Positions 36,597-45,335 of a stretch of 64,000 bases of DNA are shown in pieces. The DNA comes from an uncultured virus (IMG/VR IMGVR_UViG_3300026057_000005) (taxonomy: Duplodnaviria > Heunggongvirae > Uroviricota > Caudoviricetes), in the IMG/VR virus record IMGVR_UViG_3300026057_000005; one strand, written 5' to 3'. Within the stretch, counting starts at the first letter, position 1; each line of letters opens with the position of its first letter. Below the pieces are notes generated by a model, which was not told where the DNA came from, ran no database searches, and saw only the letters and a list, made by a program, of their open reading frames with translations. The position numbers were made by a program, and so were the translations under genes.

Positions 36597-37528
36597 GATG
36601 TCACTCCAAGGGCGCGCTTCGCGTGATACCACGCGCCGTTGCTGGCCTGGCGCTGCCACGCGCCTTCGGTCGGCGCCCAGCGGAACCCGGCGCTCTTGAG
36701 CTTCGCGCGGATCGTCTCGCTCGGCTTGCCGTCGAAATGGATCTGCACGCGATTGACGTCCTTGTTCTCTTCGATGCGAAAGCCGAGCGGCTTCCCGTCG
36801 GACTCGACCGATCCGACGACGTCCGCCGCGGCCGGCGTCGCCTCTTTCGTCAGGAGCTCGGCGATGCGCTTCTCGATGCGCCGGATGTTCGCTCCGTTGT
36901 TCGTGATCTCGTAGTCGGCGAAACCGATGCGCCCGGCGAAGTCTTTCTCGAGTAGCCTCGCCGCAGCCTTCGGGTGATGGCCGAGCGCAACGAGCGCCGC
37001 GATCTGCGCTTCGGGCCCCGCCTTCGCGTGCTTGCGGATCGCGGCGTTCGCGGCCTTCATGCCCTCCTGGCGCTTGACGAGCGGCGCGAGTTCGGCGCGC
37101 AACTTCTGGACGGCCGCCGGATCATCCGACGAGATCCCGCCGGTCCCGATCGCCGCGGCGCGGCCGGCGAGATCGGCGGCGCGCTTCTCGGCCTCGATCG
37201 ACTTGCGGATGTTGTTGTCGACGCGCTCGAGATCGCGACGGTGCCGGCGCTCGCTGTGATGTCCGACGAGGATGGGCTGCCCCATCGGGATGATGTCGAG
37301 CACCTGCTGCGCGGCGCGGCTGCGCGACGCCGCCTCTCGGCGCGCCTTGCCAGCGGCGGCCTCGAGTCGCTCGCGCTTCGCTTCCTGCTTCTCTTCGTAC
37401 TGCGCGATCCGGATCTCGCGATCGAGCTCGGCGGCAGACTTCTTCGGGGCCCCGGGTGCGGGCGCGTCGCCGCCCTCGATGAGCCACTTCATCGCGTCGC
37501 GACCTGATCCGAACGTGCGCGCTGCCAT
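36593..37528 (-). CDS. DUF3560 domain protein with KSAAELDREI tag
   Basis: IPMGQPILVGHHSERRHRR, ISSDDP.A..KL, Y.ITNNGANIRR, RVQIHFDGKP...LK..GFRWAP...AWQR. Confidence 0.85.
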   Translation of the reverse strand: MAARTFGSGRDAMKWLIEGGDAPAPGAPKKSAAELDREIRIAQYEEKQEAKRERLEAAAGKARREAASRSRAAQQVLDIIPMGQPILVGHHSERRHRRDLERVDNNIRKSIEAEKRAADLAGRAAAIGTGGISSDDPAAVQKLRAELAPLVKRQEGMKAANAAIRKHAKAGPEAQIAALVALGHHPKAAARLLEKDFAGRIGFADYEITNNGANIRRIEKRIAELLTKEATPAAADVVGSVESDGKPLGFRIEENKDVNRVQIHFDGKPSETIRAKLKSAGFRWAPTEGAWQRQASNGAWYHAKRALGVTS

Positions 37529-37571
37529 GCCTCGAACGTACCAGAACGGCCGGCAGCACTCCACCCCGACG

Positions 37572-37602
37572 TCCGGACGCGAAGACTTCGCGTCCTCGTC
37601 TG
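37572..37602 (-). repeat. dispersed hairpin element, intergenic after the polymerase
   Basis: CAGACGAGGACGCGAAGTCTTCGCGTCCGGA. Confidence 0.95.
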
Positions 37603-37609
37603 TGAGCCC

Positions 37610-39931
37610 TCACCCCTCCCTCGCCGACCGCTCGCGCTCGGCGAGCATCTCGCGGATCTCCTCGACGTCCGGCGGGAACGTGATCCCGTTCGAGGCGAGC
37701 TTCCGATCGCCGTACCACACCCGCTCGCCGCGCTCGCCGGGCAGCGACCATCGCCGCCGGCGACGCGTGAACAGCCCGCGCTCGGTCTCGCGATCCTTCG
37801 TGCGCCGGCGCGCACCTTCGGTCGGCGTCTCGCCATCCGCCCCGTGCGTCCGCTCGTCGGGATCCTTGCCCGCCGAGCGCACCGCCGCGCCGAACGTGAC
37901 GATCCCGCGATCGATGATCCCCGCGCCGCGCTTCCAGTCGTCCGGCGTGATGCCGGGGACGCCGCGCACGTGCTGCACCCCTTCGGCCTTGTGGTAGACG
38001 GCGCGACCCTCGCGACGCGACGCGACGGGATCGAGTGGCGGAAACTCTGCGAGCTCGCGGAACGCGTACGTGTTCGCGCTGCGCACGTCGAGATCAGCCC
38101 ATGCGTGCTGATACTCCCACTGCCCGAGGCCGTCGCCGAGGGGATCCGGAGCGCCACGGCCGATCGTCCAGAGCGAATCGGTGTTCCCCAGGCACAGGTC
38201 GCCGCTGAACCGCTCGGCCTGCTCGAGCCACTGGATCCGGGTGAGCGCGCGCAGGTACGACGACCACTGCGGGTACGCCGACGGACCGATCCGTGCGTAC
38301 GGGATCGCCCAGATCTCGCCGGCAAGATCGAGCTGCTCGTACGCGCCGCACCGCCCCGTGCACTCGTGACGACACGGCCCCTTGCGCGTGCAGACCTTGA
38401 TCGACGCGGGGTGCATCGTCACGCGCTGGCGCTCCGGGCGCTCGGCGAGCTTGCCCGCGACCGCCTTGCAGAGCTTGCCGATCCACTGCCCGAACGGCGT
38501 CTTGCGCCCGGTCTCGCGCCGGATCGCGTAGAGCCGCTCGACGAACGGCGCGAAGATCGGCGCGGTGCCCTCCCAGACGAGCGCGGTGTGCACGCCGTCG
38601 AGCGACACGCCGCGCTCGAACGCGCACACGAGCTCGGGCAGGGTCCACGTCCCGGTGAAGTTGCCGGTCGGAAACCACATCTGTTTGCCGCGGAGCCAGG
38701 GCAGCGGCGGCAAAAACAGCGTGTCGGGCACGTTCACCGTGCACTGGTACATCCCCGGCGCCAGGTTCTTGAGCGCCAGCATCGCGTCGCGCTGGCCGAG
38801 CTCGCGCACGTCACCGACCGGCAACTCCGCGCGCGCGAGTTGCGCGGGGTACGCGTTACAGATGTCGTGATGGCGCCCCGGTCCGGCGGCGCGCGGGCGG
38901 ACGATCGCGACACGCCCGCCGCGATCGGCGCGGCGCGCGTGGCGCCAGATCGACCACGGGATGTCGGAGTCCGGGATGCCGAGCTCTTCCTGCGCCGCCA
39001 GCCACGCGGTTTGGCCAAGCGTGCCGGCGAGGTGGACGCGATGCGATGCGGTCACGTCACGGAGCTTGCAAAGCCCCTCGTGGAGCCGCTCGCAGTCGGC
39101 GACGCAGTAGTCCTCGAGATCAGGATCGCCGGCCGCGGCGCGTGGGCCGATCTGGCAATAGCGCCCGACGCACGGGCGCCGGCGACGCTTTTTCTTGACC
39201 TCGCTCCGCTCGGCGCTCCGACGCGCACCTTGCGCGTCTCGCGTCCCCTTCGCATCCTTCTTTCGATCGTCCGATTTGCTGTCGTCGACGGCGCCGACGC
39301 CGCATAGGCATCGCCACGACGACGGCAGCGCGGGCACCGGCTTGCCGATGAAGCCACAGATCTCGTCGAGCGGCACCGGCCATACGCCGTAGCTGTCGCG
39401 CAACGTGAGCGCGCCCATGACGATCCGTGACACACGTTGCTGCGCGCGATCGATCTGACACGGGATGCCGCGCACGCGCGCGCGCTCGAGCATGAGGAGC
39501 ATGTCGTAGATCCCGCCGGCGTGCGCCCACCACGTGCCGCCGCGGGCGCGCATGTGATCGATCATCTGGTCGACGTCGTAGAAGACTTTCGCCCGGAAGC
39601 CGTCGTAACAGACGCCGAGGGCGAAGCGATTCCAGTCCGCGCACTCGATGTCGAACGTCCCGTCGATCTGGATCGGCTTGCGGATCGCGAGCCTCTCGGG
39701 CGGAGGTGTCGGCTCGGTCGGCTCGGTCTCGACGTCGGCGTCGGCGTCATCATCGTCGGCGAGCTCGTCGGCGGTAGACTCAGGCGCATCGTCGTCGATC
39801 GCGTCCGGATCGGTGACGGGCTCGGGCGAGATTCCCATCATGCGGAGGATCGCGTTCGCGCGGCTTTCTTCCGGACGCGACGTCGGTTCGCCCGGCTTCT
39901 GTCGCCCTTTCTTCAGTCGCCGCATTCGCAT
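37610..39931 (-). CDS. family B DNA polymerase, protein-primed type, with degenerate motifs
   Basis: ExoI FDIE, ExoII AHAGGIYD, ExoIII YCVADC, DRGGR, motif A DICNAYP, motif B KLCKAVAGK, motif C GNTDS; start uncertain. Confidence 0.8.
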   Translation of the reverse strand: MRMRRLKKGRQKPGEPTSRPEESRANAILRMMGISPEPVTDPDAIDDDAPESTADELADDDDADADVETEPTEPTPPPERLAIRKPIQIDGTFDIECADWNRFALGVCYDGFRAKVFYDVDQMIDHMRARGGTWWAHAGGIYDMLLMLERARVRGIPCQIDRAQQRVSRIVMGALTLRDSYGVWPVPLDEICGFIGKPVPALPSSWRCLCGVGAVDDSKSDDRKKDAKGTRDAQGARRSAERSEVKKKRRRRPCVGRYCQIGPRAAAGDPDLEDYCVADCERLHEGLCKLRDVTASHRVHLAGTLGQTAWLAAQEELGIPDSDIPWSIWRHARRADRGGRVAIVRPRAAGPGRHHDICNAYPAQLARAELPVGDVRELGQRDAMLALKNLAPGMYQCTVNVPDTLFLPPLPWLRGKQMWFPTGNFTGTWTLPELVCAFERGVSLDGVHTALVWEGTAPIFAPFVERLYAIRRETGRKTPFGQWIGKLCKAVAGKLAERPERQRVTMHPASIKVCTRKGPCRHECTGRCGAYEQLDLAGEIWAIPYARIGPSAYPQWSSYLRALTRIQWLEQAERFSGDLCLGNTDSLWTIGRGAPDPLGDGLGQWEYQHAWADLDVRSANTYAFRELAEFPPLDPVASRREGRAVYHKAEGVQHVRGVPGITPDDWKRGAGIIDRGIVTFGAAVRSAGKDPDERTHGADGETPTEGARRRTKDRETERGLFTRRRRRWSLPGERGERVWYGDRKLASNGITFPPDVEEIREMLAERERSAREG

Positions 39932-40746
39932 ACCCCGATCTCGATGCGCTCGCGCTCGGTCACCTTGCGTCGCAATCCGATCTTGACCAACTCGCGCAGC
40001 GTTATTCCGCTTCCGCCAGCATGAAAACCTCGAATGATGGAGTGCCCGAATTCCTCTTCGAGTTGTGCGCGCTGTTCGAACACGTCCGGGTGATTCAAGG
40101 CAACCTGAAGCCAATAGGCGCGGCCACCCTTGACGCAGCCGACGCAGTTCGCGTGCTCGGCCCACTTGTACATGTCCGAAGGCTTCACGCCCATCGTGCA
40201 CTGGCACCAGTCGGCGGTCTGCTGCTTCGTGACACCCTCCTCGATGACCGGGAAGCGCGCCGTGATGCCCTCGCGATCACAGTGCCCGATCATCCGCGTC
40301 ACGCGCGCTGGCTCGCTCGCCGAGTAGCCGATGACCTTCACAATCTCGATCGGGTCGACCGCTTCGATCTCGTCGTCGAGTGGATGAAACGCCGCAGCAA
40401 CGCCACGCGCGCCACGCCATCCGCCGTCGTCGTGCTTGAGCCATGCCACGAAGGCCGAGCCCTGCTCGGCCTTCAGGATGCGCGAGCACATCGTGTTCTG
40501 TCCGTTGCCGAGCATGCCTTCGTCGCGAAACAACTCCGTCACCGAGCGACCGTCGCTGCGCTCGGTAACCGACATGCCGAGCGCAGCCGACATCTCACGA
40601 AGGAAGCGATACGTGTCCGGGTGCTCCTCCTTTGTGTCGTGCCAGAGGAGAATCACCTCATCGCGCGGAAACGTCCGCAGTGCCCATCCGGCGCACCACG
40701 CCGACGTCACGCCACCAGAGAACCCGACGATAATCGCGCGCGTCAC
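39913..40746 (-). CDS. PAPS reductase / adenine nucleotide alpha-hydrolase family protein
   Basis: FSGGVTSA PP-loop, DTKEEHPDTYRF, CSRILK, HANCVGCVKGG, C-terminal CEC. Confidence 0.8.
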   Translation of the reverse strand: MTRAIIVGFSGGVTSAWCAGWALRTFPRDEVILLWHDTKEEHPDTYRFLREMSAALGMSVTERSDGRSVTELFRDEGMLGNGQNTMCSRILKAEQGSAFVAWLKHDDGGWRGARGVAAAFHPLDDEIEAVDPIEIVKVIGYSASEPARVTRMIGHCDREGITARFPVIEEGVTKQQTADWCQCTMGVKPSDMYKWAEHANCVGCVKGGRAYWLQVALNHPDVFEQRAQLEEEFGHSIIRGFHAGGSGITLRELVKIGLRRKVTERERIEIGVCECGD

Positions 40747-41336
40747 TTGCGCTCGTCCAGATCGCGCGGCTCGTCGTCGCCCGTGCTCGGCAGATCGAAC
40801 GTCGGTTGCGCTTCCTCGCGCGCCGCCTTGCGGCGCCGCGCCGCCGCGGCCGGGCTCTCGTCCTTCGGCCGGTCCGACTCCGTACCGTCGACGAGACCCT
40901 CGCGCCGCTTGCGCTCGTATTCGGCGCGCGCGCGCTCGAGATCGGCCGCGCGTCGCCGGCGCGTGTCTCCGCGATCGGTGTCGGTCGACCACCATGCGAC
41001 CTGCTGCGCCAGCCCCGGATCGTCCGCGCTGATGATCGCATCGGCGTCGACGTCGACCTGCTGTCCCTCGTCCGCCAGCGCCAGGCGCGCGCCGCACACG
41101 TGGAGCTCGTGCTCGCCGTAGTGCGAGGCGCTCTGCCAGGGCGCGTCGGGCGGATCGTCGCCGCGCTTCACGTACATCGCCAGCGAGTCGCGATCGGTCG
41201 CGAGCAGGAACACCCATGACTTGCGCGAGAGCGCGTGCCCGTAGCAGTCACAGAAGATGCGGATCGCGAACTGCCGCGTCAGGTATACCTCGACGGGCTC
41301 GCGCGAGCCTTCCTTGATAGCCTTCGCCCTAAGCAC
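40743..41336 (-). CDS. hypothetical protein
   Basis: GAGGAG before GTG 41336. Confidence 0.55.
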   Translation of the reverse strand: MLRAKAIKEGSREPVEVYLTRQFAIRIFCDCYGHALSRKSWVFLLATDRDSLAMYVKRGDDPPDAPWQSASHYGEHELHVCGARLALADEGQQVDVDADAIISADDPGLAQQVAWWSTDTDRGDTRRRRAADLERARAEYERKRREGLVDGTESDRPKDESPAAAARRRKAAREEAQPTFDLPSTGDDEPRDLDERK

Positions 41337-41598
41337 GCTGGTACTCCTCGTCGAGCTGAGCGCGCAGTGAGTCGCTCGAAAATTTCGCGTCCTCGTCTGT
41401 GATGGCGCGCTCGATCTCGCGCAGGTCACCCCGTGCAACGGCGCCGAGCCGCACGAGCCCGGCAGCGTGAGCCGCGCAGTACGTCGATTCCGTCAGCCAG
41501 ATCCCGCCGTCTGGCGAGCGCGTGCCGACGATGATTCTCCAACGAGGACGCAGCGCGCATCTTCTTTCGGTTCGCAGCACCTGATTACAGTTGTCCAT
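41329..41598 (-). CDS. hypothetical protein
   Basis: AAAGG RBS; C..C..YC..H motif; carries hairpin-derived TDEDAKFS. Confidence 0.55.
   Translation of the reverse strand: MDNCNQVLRTERRCALRPRWRIIVGTRSPDGGIWLTESTYCAAHAAGLVRLGAVARGDLREIERAITDEDAKFSSDSLRAQLDEEYQRA
41369..41399 (-). repeat. hairpin element with decayed right arm, in-frame
   Basis: CAGACGAGGACGCGAAATTTTCGAGCG. Confidence 0.8.
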
Positions 41599-41629
41599 GT
41601 CGTAGCCTTTCGTTCGTATGGTTACTGCG

Positions 41630-42154
41630 TTACGGATTCGGATCGGGCTCGCTGTCGTCGAGCGCGCCGGAGAATTTCAGCTTGAGCAGCCCGCGTACCT
41701 CGAGCTGACGGATTCGCTCGCGCGTGAGGTTCAGGATATCGCCGGTACGATCGAGCGTCAGCCCGCCGATCTCGGCGACGTCGAGCGCGCACGTGTGCGT
41801 GAGCTCCCAGGGCTCGAGATCCGGAAAGTTGATCTTGATCGACCCGGTATCCGGGTTGATGTCGAGGTAGAGATGGTGCTTGCACCCAACCCACGGGCAG
41901 GGTCGCTCGCCGTTCGGGCTGCGACCGTCAATGCAATCGCTGCGCGTCTGCGGTCGCTCGTCGTCGAGCGGCGACGGCGGGAATTCGAGCTGGCCGCGCA
42001 TCATGATCTCACGCGTGAGCTTCTTGATCGGGATCGACTGCGCGCGCGGTCGACTGCGCCGGCGTTTCGGGCGGATGCGCGCCGGCTTCGCGGACGGCTC
42101 CGGCGTGGACGGCGCGCCGCCGGCGCCGGTTTCTGGATCGAACTCGTCCTTCAT
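41630..42154 (-). CDS. Cys-rich sigma70 region-4-like HTH transcription factor
   Basis: RPQTRSDC...[15 protein letters not shown]...[13 protein letters not shown]...[13 protein letters not shown]. Confidence 0.8.
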   Translation of the reverse strand: MKDEFDPETGAGGAPSTPEPSAKPARIRPKRRRSRPRAQSIPIKKLTREIMMRGQLEFPPSPLDDERPQTRSDCIDGRSPNGERPCPWVGCKHHLYLDINPDTGSIKINFPDLEPWELTHTCALDVAEIGGLTLDRTGDILNLTRERIRQLEVRGLLKLKFSGALDDSEPDPNP

Positions 42155-43206
42155 CGCCGCCCCGGCCATCCTGCGCGACCCTGCAACGGAACGGTGACCG
42201 TGCGCGCGAACGGGCTCGCCGAGCGAAACACTTGCGTCTCGTGGCTGAAGAACACGTAGAAGTACGGCACGGTGCTCTCCTTGTAGCGCGCCGCCAACGA
42301 GTCATCGGCCGGGTTGTCGATGTCCGCGCCGACGAGCTCGGTGATGATGTCGGAGATCGCGAACGCCCACGCGCCGATCCGCGAGACGACGGAATCGCCC
42401 TCGCCGCGCGCCCGCGGGCGGATCGTGCCGTCGGGATTCTGGCCGGCCTCGGCAAATACGATCCGGATCTGCGAGAGCCGATCCGGGTTGATCGCGGTCT
42501 CGAGGAACACGTCATCCTCGACGACGCGTAGCCCGCGCGCCAACGTCTGGTACGAGATCGCGTCCTCGGGATCGAACCGGCCGACGATGAACCACGGGGT
42601 ACGCGACGCGCGGACAGCTGCCTCGATGCCCTGATCCTCGATCAGGTTCGCCGCGCCGCCGCCGGGGTTCGTGATCGTCAGCCCGACGTCGAACACGGTC
42701 GCCAGGTCGTCGCGGATGCGCGTAAGCCAGTCGTTCGCCGCGGCCTCGGCGGTACGCCGCGGATCGGCGTCGCGCATGCGTTGCTCGAGGCGTTGCCGGC
42801 GACGGCGCGCGTTGCGTGCCTGGCGCTGCGCTTCCTCGCGAGCGCGGGCCTCGGCACGCGCCGCGCGAGCTCGCGCGTTGCGGGCGGCCTTCTGTTGCGC
42901 GGCGCGCGCGGCGACTGCGGCGCGCGCGGCGGCTGCGGCGCGCGCGGCGACGGCGGCTTGCTTCTTCGTGAGCTTCGCCGGTGCCGGCTTCTTCGGCTTC
43001 GGCGCAGACTTCTTCGGCGCAGACTTCTTCGGCGCAGGCTTCTTCGGCGCCGGCTTCGGTGACCTTCGAACGGCAACCAACTTCGCCTTCGGTGCAGGCT
43101 TCTTCGGCTTCTTCGTTGCCTTTGTCGCCTTCGTCGCCGACGCACGCGCCGGCCGGCGCTTCGTGGCGCTGGCCTTCTTGCGCTTCGGTGTGCGTTGCTT
43201 TGCCAT
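42151..43206 (-). CDS. histone H1-like K/A/P-rich protein with globular C-terminus
   Basis: [10 protein letters not shown] repeats followed by an Arg/Ala helix. Confidence 0.7.
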   Translation of the reverse strand: MAKQRTPKRKKASATKRRPARASATKATKATKKPKKPAPKAKLVAVRRSPKPAPKKPAPKKSAPKKSAPKPKKPAPAKLTKKQAAVAARAAAAARAAVAARAAQQKAARNARARAARAEARAREEAQRQARNARRRRQRLEQRMRDADPRRTAEAAANDWLTRIRDDLATVFDVGLTITNPGGGAANLIEDQGIEAAVRASRTPWFIVGRFDPEDAISYQTLARGLRVVEDDVFLETAINPDRLSQIRIVFAEAGQNPDGTIRPRARGEGDSVVSRIGAWAFAISDIITELVGADIDNPADDSLAARYKESTVPYFYVFFSHETQVFRSASPFARTVTVPLQGRAGWPGRR

Positions 43207-43379
43207 GCGCGGACGACAGACGACGATCAGCGAACGAGCGCGCGGCAGCACGCTCTAGAAATGAAAGCAGCGATCGAGCATAGCGCGATCGCGGACGGCG
43301 AAGCGCACCACGACAACATCGAGTAGCCCTCGATCTTGACGCAGTGCGCTTCGCGCGTACCGCTTGACGAAGCGATCGA

Positions 43380-43976
43380 CTAGTGCGTGACCGCGCTGTT
43401 GCCGGCGGCCGGCAGCGCCGACTGACCGGCCGGCGCGTCGCCGACATCGAGCACCGGCTTCATCGCCCACGAGCGCGTCTGACCGTCGACGCGCGGACCG
43501 GCGACCAGGTACTCGGTCACGCGAAAGCCACCCTTGGTCTCGATGTCCTGGCCACGCACGATCTTCACCATGCCACCGACGAACGGCGGCAACTTACGAT
43601 CGAGCTGCGCGCCGCCGAGGATCGACGCGCGCTGTCCGCCGTTGGCATCGCGCACGATCCACGTCTTCACGATGTTCGTCTTGACCTGCTTCGTCGCCTT
43701 GTCGACCTGCTCGAGCTCGGCCTCGGGGCCGTTGCCTTCGAGGATGCCCTCGAGCATGTCGCCCTCCTCGAGCTTGAGGAGCTGCGGCGCGAATTCCATC
43801 GTCTTGTCGGTGACGATGGACTGGATGTCCTCCTGTGTCACCTTGCGGATCATCCCCGCCGCGGCGGTGACGATCTGCGGAGCGTTGCTCGCGTCCTCGG
43901 GCGCGTTGCCAGTCGCCTTCGCGACCACGTTGTTGTACTTCGTGCTCTTGCTGTTCGGGTTCACGGGATCCGCCAT
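43380..43976 (-). CDS. putative single-stranded DNA-binding (OB-fold) protein
   Basis: EGDMLEG...ILGGAQLDRKL..VGGMVKI.RG......GF....Y.V pattern; replication context; purine-rich leader. Confidence 0.5.
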   Translation of the reverse strand: MADPVNPNSKSTKYNNVVAKATGNAPEDASNAPQIVTAAAGMIRKVTQEDIQSIVTDKTMEFAPQLLKLEEGDMLEGILEGNGPEAELEQVDKATKQVKTNIVKTWIVRDANGGQRASILGGAQLDRKLPPFVGGMVKIVRGQDIETKGGFRVTEYLVAGPRVDGQTRSWAMKPVLDVGDAPAGQSALPAAGNSAVTH

Positions 43977-44043
43977 TTGATTTCTCTTTTCTTTTCCGTA
44001 TCTCGAGCGTTCACATCGCGCCCCCACCATAGGAACGCTTTCG

Positions 44044-44106
44044 TCGCGCGCTGCGGATTCGAACCGCGGCATCTAGAATGCCGACCCCCTTCCGGGTCCG
44101 CACGCG
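44044..44106 (-). ncRNA. compact tRNA-like cloverleaf with CUA in the anticodon-position loop
   Basis: CGCGTGC/GCGCGCG acceptor, GACCC/GGGTC arm, GGCA-TTCTAGA-TGCC arm, GCGG-TTCGAAT-CCGC T-arm; intergenic and co-oriented with neighbours. Confidence 0.5.
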
Positions 44107-44121
44107 TTTCGCTGTCCGTCG

Positions 44122-45099
44122 CTACAAGAGCAAGTTCGTCTGCTTCCAGTCGCGCACGCCGCCACCGCAGATCACGAGCTCGTGGACGTTCTTTCGCTTC
44201 TCGCCCGCCGCGGCCATCGTGTGCCGCGTCGCCAGCGTGCCGAGCTTGAAGTCCTCACACCCGGCCAACGATCCGTAGATTTCGCGCACGAGCTCGGTAT
44301 CGCTGTTCGAGATCATGACGCGTGCGCCGGCCTTGACGATCTCGCGCGCGACGAACGCGAGTTCGCGCTGGCTGTCCGCGTCGAATCCGTCCGCGGTGTA
44401 CCCTGCGAACGTGCCATCGTACGGCGGATCGAAGTACACGAAGTCGCCGGCGCGCACGTCCTTCACAGCGTCCGTGTAGTCGCCGGACTTGAGCGTGACA
44501 CCGGCGAGCGCGAGGGCGCACGCGCGCAGGTTCGTCTCGTCGCAGAGCGCGTTGTCGCGCTCGATGTCCTCCGGCTTGATCACGCGATCGCCGGCAGGCG
44601 TGTTCATCTTGCCGTTCTTCGCGACGCGCCATAGTCCGTTGAAGCACGCGCGATTCAGATAGAGGAAGTCTCCGGATGTCGTGCTCCTCTTCTCGTTCCA
44701 GTGCTCGCGCGTCGCGTAGTAGTGGAGTTTTCCGTTGGCGACGTGCGCGCGTACGTGGGCTCGCAGTTCCTCGATCGTTCGATCGACGTAAGTCCGCACG
44801 TCGTAGAACGCGAACATCAACGCCTCGTTCGCGTCGGACAGGACGACGTGACGCATGTCGACGCCGCCCGGCGCATCGCTCGACGCCGCCGCGAGTGCGA
44901 AGAACAGCGCGGCGCCGCCGGCGAACGGCTCGAGGTAGCGACGATCGGCACGGCGACCGACGTACGGAGGGACGAGCGCGGCCAGGTCGTTCGCGATCTT
45001 GCCCTTGCCGCCGGCCCAACGCACGAACGGCTTCGCGATCGGCGCGACGCCTGCGGGACTCTCTTCGATCGTCGAGGTCGCCGTCGTCTTGGTCATCAT
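44122..45099 (-). CDS. dam: Dam-family (D12 class) N6-adenine DNA methyltransferase
   Basis: PFVRWAGGK, YLEPFAGGAALF, YLNRACFNGLWR, VYFDPPY, VMISNSD. Confidence 0.9.
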   Translation of the reverse strand: MMTKTTATSTIEESPAGVAPIAKPFVRWAGGKGKIANDLAALVPPYVGRRADRRYLEPFAGGAALFFALAAASSDAPGGVDMRHVVLSDANEALMFAFYDVRTYVDRTIEELRAHVRAHVANGKLHYYATREHWNEKRSTTSGDFLYLNRACFNGLWRVAKNGKMNTPAGDRVIKPEDIERDNALCDETNLRACALALAGVTLKSGDYTDAVKDVRAGDFVYFDPPYDGTFAGYTADGFDADSQRELAFVAREIVKAGARVMISNSDTELVREIYGSLAGCEDFKLGTLATRHTMAAAGEKRKNVHELVICGGGVRDWKQTNLLL

Positions 45100-45335
45100 G
45101 AGCGGCTCCTGATCATGTCGCTGACGTGAAATGCGATGAACCCGACGGTGACGCACGCGAGCGCCGTGATCGCACCGACCGACCAGGGCACCGCGTCGCA
45201 CGTCAGCATCGCGCTGATCGTGCCGACGCCGCCTGTAACCGCGAGCAAGCCGACGGTCTCGGCCGTCGACTCGTGGCGGCGCTGTCGACGTCCGGACGCG
45301 ATCCTATCGCGTCCTCGTCTGTGATGCTCCAGCAT
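45096..45335 (-). CDS. small two-TM membrane protein
   Basis: TGATG coupling; two hydrophobic segments; N-terminus encoded by a hairpin element. Confidence 0.5.
   Translation of the reverse strand: MLEHHRRGRDRIASGRRQRRHESTAETVGLLAVTGGVGTISAMLTCDAVPWSVGAITALACVTVGFIAFHVSDMIRSRS
45291..45321 (-). repeat. dispersed hairpin element
   Basis: CAGACGAGGACGCGATAGGATCGCGTCCGGA, identical to the 60648 copy. Confidence 0.95.
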
